A stretch of DNA of 64,000 nucleotides from an uncultured bacterium (GTDB lineage: Bacteria; Poribacteria; WGA-4E; WGA-3G). The stretch spans positions 2,464 to 66,463 of the forward strand of contig CAZGAW010000005.1 in the NCBI GenBank assembly GCA_964523645.1, read 5' to 3'. The notes below the pieces were generated by a model. That model saw nothing but the letters and a program-made list of their open reading frames with translations. It had not been told where the DNA came from and ran no database searches. Below, piece by piece: positions 46,239 to 54,810 of the stretch; within the stretch, counting starts at the first letter, position 1; each line of letters opens with the position of its first letter. Position numbers and translations under genes: made by a program.

Positions 46239-49190
46239 ATGACAACAGATGTCTTGGAAAATCTTATTGCACGCTGCCACCAACGACACGAGCACCCCCT
46301 TAAGCAACGGCAGTCGATCGTAGCACCGCTGCTTCACAAAGGGTTTCCTTACCATTTCACAGTCTATTGTGCACACAGATACCCTGTGATGCTTCAAGAC
46401 GTGGAGGCGGCGGATATTTCCTTTATGCCGATAGGACGGGTCCCTGGCAACGATCGACCCCCGCGCTCTTTTGGGGGTGAACGGTTCCTGAAACGCCAAC
46501 AGGCGGCAGACTGGGAAGCGCTTCGATGGCATAAGTCATGGGGGATTCAAGTGTATACGGGGGCCCCCTCAGCACGCGAGGGTGCGCCATGGCATGACAT
46601 CGACTTTAAATATGAGGCTATCTGTGCCGCACCGGATGCTGTTCTTGCTTGTGTTCAAGCACTCGTTGATGCCGTTGCGAACCCGTTGCTAACGCTGTCA
46701 AAGTCGGGTGGACTCCGCTTTTCTTGCAGAATACCCGGGTACCTACACCCGAACACCCAACAAGCCCGGCTGTATGTGCATAAGCACACACCGACATCGG
46801 AGGATCCGCACCAGCACGACACGTATCTTGAAATTGTAGGTGAGCAGGGATATAGTTGCTGGGATGCACGCTATGAAATTCTGCTTGGAGATCTGTTAGA
46901 TCCGCCTGTGATTTCCAAAGCAGTGCTTTTCCCGCCTCTTGATGCGTTTCGCGCTGCACTTCACAAACCTATGCCCCAAAGCGTCCAATACGAAGCGCGC
47001 ACCCTCGACGCGCCATATTCTCTCGGTTCGGGTAAACTTGACCTCGCGAAAGAGGCATTTTTTAAGCGTGGGTTTTCTTATCTCAGACAAGCCGATGGAA
47101 TTCACTATTGGAGCCGGCGAGAGGGTGAGACTAGCAATACAGCGGTATCGTTGTGGGAGAGCGAAGGTAACGTATGGATATGTGCATCCACGTCTGATAC
47201 GGGGTTGCCTGTGGAGGCAACGCTTATCACAGATGTTTGGAACGATACCGGCATCCTGCCACCGATTCCCGCGACGGGGCTGCCGATAGACGATGAAGTA
47301 CTTGCCATTCGGGAAGGGAAACTCAGTCCGCTGGCAATAAAACGTCCTAAGCCGGTGTTACACAAATTGGAACACGTCGAAAAGATGGATGAAACACGCG
47401 AAGACATTTGGGTTCAGCTGGAGCGTGCGCTCGATAGACGGGTGAGTGCGCTTGAATTCATTCCCGATGCGGATTCAGAGAAAGACGGTGAGGTCGGATC
47501 CCTTCTGAGTAATAATCGCGCAATATGTTTAAACGTGCCAGATGCTGAACTCGCTGCAGGCATGGAACAATTTTTTCAAAAGCAAGATGTGGGATCAGTA
47601 GCACAAATACTCCGGGATCACCGATTGTTTTTGGACCCTCAATACGCAAAAACAGCGGAACAAATTCTCCAACGGCGCGATGGAACACAGCAACTGTGTA
47701 TCATCAATGTAGAGAGAGAGGATCAACTGTTTCTGGAATGCGAACTCTCAAAAACCACATTGGAGAGATGGGTTGTCAACTGGGAAGGGAGTGCCCTCGG
47801 ATACTTTGCCACAGCCCTCCTGAATGCCACTGAAATCAGAGATAAATCTCACGCCAATGCTATCAGACGCCTTCGGACAGTCATACAGACGTTTGAATGG
47901 CTTGCAGAAGAGATCATCCAACAGATGTGTCACGTTGACGCGGCGACTGTTGAAAACATGCAAGAGTTTCCAACGGTTTCTTCGGATCCAAACTGGACGT
48001 TTTGGCATCAACTCAAACGTTTCTTCGGACATTACACCAGAGATGCTGATGCTCCGATGCACTGGGAGAACGAAGTGCTACGCTTCTGGGTGCCGCCGGT
48101 GCTGCATCCGAGCGTCAGACACCTTTTGGTCACCTCACCCGCGCTCTACGACGAACATGTACGGCGAGCGTTCTTGGACGAGGAAACTGAGAGCCTTCCG
48201 TCCGAACCCGTGGCGTGGGCTCCTGGAAATTGCGTTTTTCAGATTCGCACCGATGTATATCCACGGAAGACAATTTTAGACCTCTACAACACCTGGGACG
48301 TTTTTGGGATATCTGAAACCGGGCAGCACATTTTTTCCAGGATCCAAGCTGAAATCGAAAGGGATCCGAGTGTTAAGCATGGCATTATAAGCCACGTTCA
48401 CACAATTAGACGTTGTTTGGATAATATAAAAAAAAATAAGAATGTCCGTTTTCTGGCGAGCTTCCGAAAGAGAAAAGGATTGGAATCGAGCTTCCGAAAG
48501 AGAGACAGATTGGCAACCGTTTTCCAAGAAGCGCAGGTCCTCTGGATCGTTGGCATGCCGGAGATGGGACCCCGCGCCATTTTGGAGCGCACGCAGATCT
48601 TGTTTGGAAACGACGAAGAACCGCTTTCTTATGAAATGGAACTTGAAACATGCCGTTACAAAGACGAACGCGTCCAGAGCGTTTATGAAAAGGATATCGT
48701 CCATATATTCACAGAGGCTATAGCATTAGCGCAACTCAACCGTTTGGAAAATAAGAAAGTTATGTTGATTACAGGGTTGCGAATTCCTGATATCACCGAC
48801 AGACCCGAAACGCTCCTTTTTGACTGGGCAGACTTTGATATTGCTGGTGAGTTAGACAAACTTCCCGAGGCAATCGCGACACGCCAACGTTTTGAAACCG
48901 AACGCGACAATCTGACGGTTGAATCCAGCAGAAGAGAGGTAGAGCGAGTTCTCGGCTGCCCCCCAAGGCAGGCGAACCGAGTGTTACAACGGATGAGAGG
49001 GGGGAAGGTACGTGTCACTTTCCGCGAGCAAATTCTCACACTGCTCGCCGAGGGTGAGAAAACAACACCGGAATTCGCGGCGGCGATTCAAGGACACCCA
49101 AAAGCCATAAATACAGAACTCACACGCCTTGTGGGGATGGGTGTAATTGTAAAGGTGCGACGGGGGGTTTATAGACTCCCAGAGGATTAG
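46239..49190 (+). CDS. Large orphan protein: tentative AEP primase-polymerase-like N-terminus, unknown central region and C-terminal winged-helix DNA-binding domain
   Basis: 983 aa counted from the ATG. N-terminal motifs resemble prim-pol signatures: SWGIQVYTG...WHDIDFK (DxD), TLSKSGGLRFSCRIPG (sGGxH-like, but Arg replaces His) and YLEIVGEQGYSCW. I found no Walker A. The C-terminus reads ILTLLAEGEKTTPEFAAAIQGHPKAINTELTRLVGMGVIVKVRRGVYRL (wHTH-like). Confidence 0.8.
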   Translation: MTTDVLENLIARCHQRHEHPLKQRQSIVAPLLHKGFPYHFTVYCAHRYPVMLQDVEAADISFMPIGRVPGNDRPPRSFGGERFLKRQQAADWEALRWHKSWGIQVYTGAPSAREGAPWHDIDFKYEAICAAPDAVLACVQALVDAVANPLLTLSKSGGLRFSCRIPGYLHPNTQQARLYVHKHTPTSEDPHQHDTYLEIVGEQGYSCWDARYEILLGDLLDPPVISKAVLFPPLDAFRAALHKPMPQSVQYEARTLDAPYSLGSGKLDLAKEAFFKRGFSYLRQADGIHYWSRREGETSNTAVSLWESEGNVWICASTSDTGLPVEATLITDVWNDTGILPPIPATGLPIDDEVLAIREGKLSPLAIKRPKPVLHKLEHVEKMDETREDIWVQLERALDRRVSALEFIPDADSEKDGEVGSLLSNNRAICLNVPDAELAAGMEQFFQKQDVGSVAQILRDHRLFLDPQYAKTAEQILQRRDGTQQLCIINVEREDQLFLECELSKTTLERWVVNWEGSALGYFATALLNATEIRDKSHANAIRRLRTVIQTFEWLAEEIIQQMCHVDAATVENMQEFPTVSSDPNWTFWHQLKRFFGHYTRDADAPMHWENEVLRFWVPPVLHPSVRHLLVTSPALYDEHVRRAFLDEETESLPSEPVAWAPGNCVFQIRTDVYPRKTILDLYNTWDVFGISETGQHIFSRIQAEIERDPSVKHGIISHVHTIRRCLDNIKKNKNVRFLASFRKRKGLESSFRKRDRLATVFQEAQVLWIVGMPEMGPRAILERTQILFGNDEEPLSYEMELETCRYKDERVQSVYEKDIVHIFTEAIALAQLNRLENKKVMLITGLRIPDITDRPETLLFDWADFDIAGELDKLPEAIATRQRFETERDNLTVESSRREVERVLGCPPRQANRVLQRMRGGKVRVTFREQILTLLAEGEKTTPEFAAAIQGHPKAINTELTRLVGMGVIVKVRRGVYRLPED

Positions 49191-49218
49191 CACTGAAGCA
49201 TTCTGACATGGGTTCCCA

Positions 49219-50106
49219 TCATAGGCGAATAATCGCAATACCTTGTTCGCCTGCGACCGAATAGAGCAGCCACGTTTCTCCCGCCTCACAATAGATAGCC
49301 GGATCCCGAAGTTCATGCACGCGTTCCCGATCTAACCCACCTGTCGACGGTCTAATCGGTAAATCCGAACCCTCAAAATCATAATTCGGCGCGATGACCT
49401 CTATCGGTGCAGAGGGTTGCCAAGCGTTCCAATCCTCTGTCAACTGCACGGTGCTTTTTCGGATGCGTTCTGGGCTATCGCCATAGAGTGAGTAATAGAC
49501 CGTCAAGGTATCCCCTTCAAGGAGGTTCGCCGTGTGGCGCGGGAAACCGGTGTTGTCTTTTTCCGACTTACGATGAAAAAGCGGTGTGTCCCGTTGAATG
49601 AACGATGTTGTCCATTCAGGGGTTTGCCCCCGACTTAACCAACCGTGGTGCGTCGCATAGGGGAAACCCTTCCACCAAAAAACACGATAATAGGGTCCCA
49701 TCTGTTTATTCAGTGTATCCGAAGCGGTATAGTTCAGGCCATCGGTCGAAGTTGCCCAACAGGTTGCCTGCCCGCCACCGTAGTTTCCATGAAAATACAT
49801 AAAGAACCGTCGATTTTCCGCATCTATGTGGACATCCGGTGAAGCGATGTGGTCGCATCCCCGAAATACAGTATTGGCACGATGCAAGGCACCCGGGCGA
49901 TAGATAGTGTAAGGTCCCTCGATTGCCTCGGCATACGCCAATCGGATATAGGCACCACGATGATGGGCAAAGTAGAGGTAGTATCTCCCCAACGGATTTT
50001 CGACCCATTCCGGTACGCGAACGAGTGAAGGTCCGTTGATATTGGAGAAACCGTGTTCCCTATCAAGTTCAGACATTTCAGGATGGATTAGCAGCGTTCG
50101 TTCCAT
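49219..50106 (-). CDS. Five-bladed beta-propeller glycoside-hydrolase-like protein (GH43/32 clan, tentative)
   Basis: 295 aa containing GPSLVRVPEW, YYLYFAHH and ELRDPAIY (an RDP-type motif). This is the full-length copy of the fragment at 42372..42785. Confidence 0.65.
   Translation of the reverse strand: MERTLLIHPEMSELDREHGFSNINGPSLVRVPEWVENPLGRYYLYFAHHRGAYIRLAYAEAIEGPYTIYRPGALHRANTVFRGCDHIASPDVHIDAENRRFFMYFHGNYGGGQATCWATSTDGLNYTASDTLNKQMGPYYRVFWWKGFPYATHHGWLSRGQTPEWTTSFIQRDTPLFHRKSEKDNTGFPRHTANLLEGDTLTVYYSLYGDSPERIRKSTVQLTEDWNAWQPSAPIEVIAPNYDFEGSDLPIRPSTGGLDRERVHELRDPAIYCEAGETWLLYSVAGEQGIAIIRL
49229..49619. repeat. Right copy of the 391-bp direct repeat
   Basis: See 42388-42778. The identical 64-aa shadow ORFs at 42566..42760 and 49407..49601 in the track confirm the identity. 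Confidence 0.9.
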
Positions 50107-50114
50107 ATTTCTCC

Positions 50115-50936
50115 TTAATCGTGGTTCTGGAACCGATAGACTTCCTGCGCGGTTTCAGACATATCGCTCCATATCTTTTCTGGAATCCGTGCACCGAAGA
50201 TTCCGGGGGCATCGGGGGCATGGTGAAGCCGTCGGAAATAGACGAGTGCAAGCATGTGCCTCACTGTAGATTTTGTCCGATTCGGCATGGCTCGGTGCCA
50301 ACACCGCATGTCACGGACGACAACAGAACCCGCAGGCATCTCTAACTGAAATGAAGGGTAGTTTGCCGCACGTTCAGGCTCACAGACGTTGTACGGAGAA
50401 TTTCGCACTGCCTCGTCATCCACGATGAGATGCGAACCGGGCCATACTTCAGTCGCACCGTTTTCCACTGTAAAATCGACAAGCGGAATGTTAACAACAA
50501 TCGTTGAAACGGGTAGCGCGAACGGGAGTTCAGGGAAAAGTTGCCCCGAATCTCGATGAATCCACTGGATTTCGTTTCCGGGACGCGTTGAGTTACAACC
50601 GTAAGGCAAATAGGCAAAGATCTTTTCGCCCATTGCGGCTTTCATAATCGACATAGCGAAAGGGTTATCAATGATACGCGGGTCCATGAACGGCATCTTT
50701 AGCATTGGATTTTCGCCGTTCTGTCGCTCCTCTTCATTCTGAAGTACATTTTCCATAGCAACGTTGAGTTCCGCTATCCAATCGCGTGGAAGAACGCTCT
50801 CAATGACGACCAACCCCGCCTCGCGTAACAAACGTTCGCCAGTCTCAACGCTTTCAGGTGTGAGTTTATTTTCAGCGCGTTCCTGATCGGAGATTTCCAG
50901 TATCGGAATGTTTACGGTTCGTCCTGTGGGTTCCAT
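50115..50936 (-). CDS. Phytanoyl-CoA dioxygenase (PhyH) family Fe(II)/2-oxoglutarate oxygenase
   Basis: 273 aa with WIHRDSG (HxD) and the distal His in CWHRAMPNRT. Confidence 0.82.
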   Translation of the reverse strand: MEPTGRTVNIPILEISDQERAENKLTPESVETGERLLREAGLVVIESVLPRDWIAELNVAMENVLQNEEERQNGENPMLKMPFMDPRIIDNPFAMSIMKAAMGEKIFAYLPYGCNSTRPGNEIQWIHRDSGQLFPELPFALPVSTIVVNIPLVDFTVENGATEVWPGSHLIVDDEAVRNSPYNVCEPERAANYPSFQLEMPAGSVVVRDMRCWHRAMPNRTKSTVRHMLALVYFRRLHHAPDAPGIFGARIPEKIWSDMSETAQEVYRFQNHD

Positions 50937-50939
50937 CTG

Positions 50940-51713
50940 CTAAGCCCGCCTTTCTGGTTGGTTTTGAGGAAGTTTTAATTCTGCTCGAACTGCTTGGCGA
51001 ACCCGTTCACATACGCCCGTTGCGTGGTGTGCGTCCTCGGTGGTTGCTGATTTACCCGGATATCGAAAGTCCACTGCATGTTGAGAAACTGTCGAAAAAT
51101 CAGACTGCCAAACGTGCCAATCGGGAATAACAGGTAAAATTAAAGCTAACAATTCTTTCAAATCATGCGTCTTGGCAAATTGAAGGTCAGTCTCTTGGAG
51201 GCATGCTTTTAGGTATTTTTCTATATACTGTTGCGCATGAAAACAGATAAAATCGAAATTCGGTGATGCCGCCTGCTGATGCAATTCTATGGCAGCATAA
51301 TCGCCTTCAGCTTTCCGTACCCATTCAAGTGTTAGTGAATTGATAGTCTCGTTCTCTGTCTCCAAGATTTTCATGGAGAGATTGTCAGGACCATAAAGCA
51401 CTTGCCCTTTTTCAGTGATTTCTCGGAGAAACCAATCGTTGTATGAAGTTCGATAAGCGATTTCCTCTGGCGAGCGAACCAGCAAATCCATGCTGAAACG
51501 GCGCGGGATACGTTGAACAATCTCTACAGCTTGACGACGTGTCTCTGATTCCGGAATCTCCATGACGACCAATAAATCAACGTCTGAATCTTCAGTCGGC
51601 ATGCCGTACGCATAGGATCCAAAAAGAATGACCTGTAGGGGCGCAAATTCACGGACGATGTCGTTACAAGTTGCTTGGATGTCCTTTCGAGAAATCATCT
51701 GCCTACCTCCCAT
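50940..51713 (-). CDS. Fused nucleotidyltransferase (MNT-like) + HEPN domain protein
   Basis: The N-terminus reads ILFGSYAYGMPTEDSDVDLLVV (GS...DxD). The C-terminus carries HEPN-like KTHDLKELL and VDFRYPG. It ends 3 nt upstream of the PhyH gene. Confidence 0.8.
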   Translation of the reverse strand: MGGRQMISRKDIQATCNDIVREFAPLQVILFGSYAYGMPTEDSDVDLLVVMEIPESETRRQAVEIVQRIPRRFSMDLLVRSPEEIAYRTSYNDWFLREITEKGQVLYGPDNLSMKILETENETINSLTLEWVRKAEGDYAAIELHQQAASPNFDFICFHAQQYIEKYLKACLQETDLQFAKTHDLKELLALILPVIPDWHVWQSDFSTVSQHAVDFRYPGKSATTEDAHHATGVCERVRQAVRAELKLPQNQPERRA

Positions 51714-51883
51714 TTTTCAAAGTATACTATTAAAAGGGCAATTAGTCAAGTTCATTACTACAGCAAGTGAAGAAGGAATCAGAAGAAGAAAAAATTGTTG
51801 TTTTCTCCTGCTAATTTGTATAGAATAAACTACATCCTATCGGCATCAGTTTCAGAACAGCATTTACAAGCAAGGAGCAAATA

Positions 51884-52672
51884 ATGACACCTGAAGTCGC
51901 TTTACAAAAACGGGAGCAAATGATTGAAGAGGGTTTCTGCGTTGTTGATGATGTCCTAAGTGAAGAGTTCTTGCAGGAGCTCCGAGACGAGTCGGAACGG
52001 CTTATCGCAGGACATGTAGAACCCGAGGACGTTGTCTATCAAGGACAGCACGTCAACGTCCGCGGTGAAGATAACCCGCATATTCAAAAACTGTTGGAAT
52101 GGCAACCCTCACGCGAGGCTTTAGAACAGATTGGGTTCGGAGATTTTGTATCATCTGGCGGGATCATTATCCTAACGAAAGAATCCGGGGGACCCCCACT
52201 CTATTGGCATCAAGATTGGATGCGTTGGAACGATCCATTGAGCTGCGCGCCGTGGCCCCAAACGATTTTCCTGAATTACTATCTCACCGATACAAACCGA
52301 GAGAATGGTTGTTTAAAGGTCATTCCGGGGACACACCGCAAGCGAATCGACCTGCACGACATACTCGTACCTGCGCATGAACAAGGCGCACGCTTCATTG
52401 ATGAAGACCATCCTACCATGTTCAGCGATCACCCGGATCAGATAGATGTCTGTGCAAAAGCGGGATCGTTGGTAATGGCAGACGCTCGCATCTTACACTC
52501 CGCTCACAGAAACTTCACTGATGTTCGACGCACACTCATTCTCGCGTGGCATAGCCGTCCGAACACCGTACCAGACTATTGGGATCGCGAAATCCCGGAA
52601 ATCATTGTGAATCGCGACGAAGACGCAAATTATCCGATGTCTCGTATTCCTGGTGATTTATTACAGCCATAA
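51884..52672 (+). CDS. PhyH-family Fe(II)/2OG oxygenase
   Basis: 262 aa with LYWHQDW (HxD) and ILHSAHRN. AAGGAG lies upstream. Confidence 0.85.
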   Translation: MTPEVALQKREQMIEEGFCVVDDVLSEEFLQELRDESERLIAGHVEPEDVVYQGQHVNVRGEDNPHIQKLLEWQPSREALEQIGFGDFVSSGGIIILTKESGGPPLYWHQDWMRWNDPLSCAPWPQTIFLNYYLTDTNRENGCLKVIPGTHRKRIDLHDILVPAHEQGARFIDEDHPTMFSDHPDQIDVCAKAGSLVMADARILHSAHRNFTDVRRTLILAWHSRPNTVPDYWDREIPEIIVNRDEDANYPMSRIPGDLLQP

Positions 52673-52705
52673 CACAGCGCAGTGCCTTGAGGATATGGAG
52701 GAAAA

Positions 52706-53464
52706 ATGATTCCTATTGATCTCACGAATAAAGTGGCGGTAATTACCGGCGGTTCAGGCGCATTAGGTCGCGTTATGGTAAGGACTCTGGCGGAAGCAGG
52801 TGCAGATATCGCAATCTGCTACTACCAGGACCAAGAAACGGCGCGCCTTCTACAGGATGAAATCATTGCAAAGGGCGTAAAGGTAACCGCTGTACAGGCA
52901 GATGTCACGAATCAGGATTCAATAAACGCGATGCGTGACATCGTTTCAGCGGAATTGGGTGCCGCAGACATCATCGTTAATAATGCTGTAATCCAGTATA
53001 CCTGGACCTCTGTTTTGGAACAATCCGCTGAAGACTACGAAAGCCAGTTCGAGTCATGTGTCCTGCATAATGTATACATGGCACAAGCCTTCGTTCCAGC
53101 GATGATCGAATCAGGATGGGGACGCGTTGTCAGCATTAATACGGAATGTTCAATGCAAAACTTCGCGAATCAGAGTGCTTATACATCGGGCAAGCGAGGT
53201 ATGGACGGCGTTTTACGGGTACTCGCAAAAGAGGTTGGTGCGCACGGTGTTACTGTCAATCAAGTCGCGCCAGGGTGGACAATCAGCGAAAAAAGTGAAT
53301 CAAGAGCGTCCGACGAACATTATTGGCGTAAAGTGCCGATGCAACGCCGAGGGACTGCTCAAGAAATCGCTAATACTGTGCTCTTCCTTGCATCGGACCT
53401 CTCGAGTTATATCACGGGTGTGTATATCCCCGTGTGCGGCGGGAATGTAATGCCCACGATTTGA
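52706..53464 (+). CDS. SDR-family oxidoreductase (FabG-like)
   Basis: 252 aa with TGGSGALG, NNAV and YTSGK (YxxxK). Confidence 0.9.
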   Translation: MIPIDLTNKVAVITGGSGALGRVMVRTLAEAGADIAICYYQDQETARLLQDEIIAKGVKVTAVQADVTNQDSINAMRDIVSAELGAADIIVNNAVIQYTWTSVLEQSAEDYESQFESCVLHNVYMAQAFVPAMIESGWGRVVSINTECSMQNFANQSAYTSGKRGMDGVLRVLAKEVGAHGVTVNQVAPGWTISEKSESRASDEHYWRKVPMQRRGTAQEIANTVLFLASDLSSYITGVYIPVCGGNVMPTI

Positions 53465-53496
53465 TAAATCTGTTCCGAATATGTTTTGAGGGAAAT

Positions 53497-54333
53497 ATGG
53501 AACGACACAAAATTGCGTATAAAGTACTGAACGACCACAATCCGAATGCGGAAACAGGGCAACGCTGGGAAATAGAGGTGCATGCCACTGCCGAAGAGTT
53601 AGAAGCACTTGCTGAGAGCGGTTATCTTGTGCGCGAAGGCCTCTTTCAAGGTGAGGCACTCCAAAAATTGCAAGACGCTCTTGATCGTTTGGAAGAACGA
53701 GAATGGCAAAAGCGAGACAATGCAATTGCTGGAAAGCGAGGTTGGGGCTTTATTCCGCGTCATTTGATGGATAAAGATGACGCATTCTTAGAACTCCTAA
53801 AGTTCCAACCGACCTTATCCATTGCACGGGCGATGATGGGACCCCTTGTGCGGCTGCGTGGTTTGAGTGCTCGTATCTCGTATCCTGGCGATGATCGAGA
53901 GCAGCAAACTCCATGGCACCAGCACCTACGAGTGGTTTCCAACCCATTGCCGCCGTGGTTTTCACGTCCGCACTGTATGGATTGTCTCATCTACCTTGAC
54001 GATCTGAACGAAGACACCGGCGCAGTCGCAGTTGTTCCGGGGTCACACGATTGGTTGGACAAGGCAACGCCGAACACTTACGGACCCGTTAAAGGTGAAA
54101 TTGAGTTAAGAGTGAAAGCCGGTGGGGGTGTCCTCATCCACGGCAACCTCTGGCACCGAGGTTTACCAACGCTTAACGCTAAACGACGGATGTTAATTTT
54201 AAGTTATACGCCGACATGGCTACGGAAATCCCCACACGGTGGCGCACAACCTGAAGATGGGTTAACGCACGCCTACCTTAAAGAGGCGGATATGGAAGAG
54301 CGGATGCTATTGGGTGTGGGTGGATATTCCTAA
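53497..54333 (+). CDS. PhyH-family oxygenase paralog with an atypical HxH motif
   Basis: The start is set at MERHKIAYK (GAGGGA upstream). At 53914-53925 the sequence reads WHQH where the paralogs read WHQD or HRD. The distal His lies in NLWHRGLP. Confidence 0.8.
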   Translation: MERHKIAYKVLNDHNPNAETGQRWEIEVHATAEELEALAESGYLVREGLFQGEALQKLQDALDRLEEREWQKRDNAIAGKRGWGFIPRHLMDKDDAFLELLKFQPTLSIARAMMGPLVRLRGLSARISYPGDDREQQTPWHQHLRVVSNPLPPWFSRPHCMDCLIYLDDLNEDTGAVAVVPGSHDWLDKATPNTYGPVKGEIELRVKAGGGVLIHGNLWHRGLPTLNAKRRMLILSYTPTWLRKSPHGGAQPEDGLTHAYLKEADMEERMLLGVGGYS

Positions 54334-54418
54334 ATTGTACATAAAGCACAGAAACGCATATACAGGGTCTGATAGGAGACTATAAAAACTGATAATTCTT
54401 GTATTTTTATGGTAAGCC

Positions 54419-54755
54419 TTGTATACTGCAATCAGGTTTTTGAGTCGTTTCTCAAAGGATATCAAATCGGTGAAGGGTCAGGTCGCGGAAGGCATGGAGT
54501 TCCCTGGTGTCGCAACAAGTTACATTTCCGTGCGGGAACACCAGTATGTTGATCCGATTAAAAAGATTAGTTTCTCGGCATGGGTTAAGGTAGACCAGAG
54601 AGGAATGATTGCGTCCTGGGATCGGAGTGAATTTTTCCGTTTTGCCGACTGAGAAAGAGATTGAACACCTTGCCAGCGGTCCCGAGAACCCGTTTGCAGT
54701 AGATCCCCAAGGCAAGTTGAGTATCACGTGGGGCGATATTAAAGACATGAGATAA
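54419..54755 (+). pseudogene. Degenerate remnant of a LamG-domain exoprotein gene (frameshifted and internally deleted)
   Basis: The TTG-start ORF carries a LamG-like piece (MEFPGVATSYISV...ISFSAWVKVD) and stops at 54652. The +1 frame then reads TEKEIEHLASGPENPFAVDPQGKLSITWGDIKDMR*, which carries the same C-terminal motif seen in two other exoproteins here. Confidence 0.35.
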
Positions 54756-54797
54756 AAAATGACGGGCGGTGCTACAGTACCGCCCGTTTTTCTTTTT
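54754..54797. terminator. Bidirectional rho-independent terminator
   Basis: ACGGGCGGT (54762-70) pairs with ACCGCCCGT (54779-87). An A-run lies upstream and TTTTTCTTTTT downstream. It sits between convergent transcription units. Confidence 0.8.
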
Positions 54798-54810
54798 CTC
54801 AAGAACACTC

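Noticed and set aside
45091-46532. Long minus-strand ORFs (279 aa at 45091..45930 and 202 aa at 45924..46532)
   Set aside because: They lie antisense to tnpB and to the 5' end of the 983-aa gene. They have no recognisable motifs and are typical shadow frames.
53434-53496. The upstream extension of the third PhyH ORF, which overlaps the SDR gene
   Set aside because: The internal ATG at 53497 has a GAGGGA ribosome-binding site and removes the 31-nt overlap. The extension has no homology-like content.
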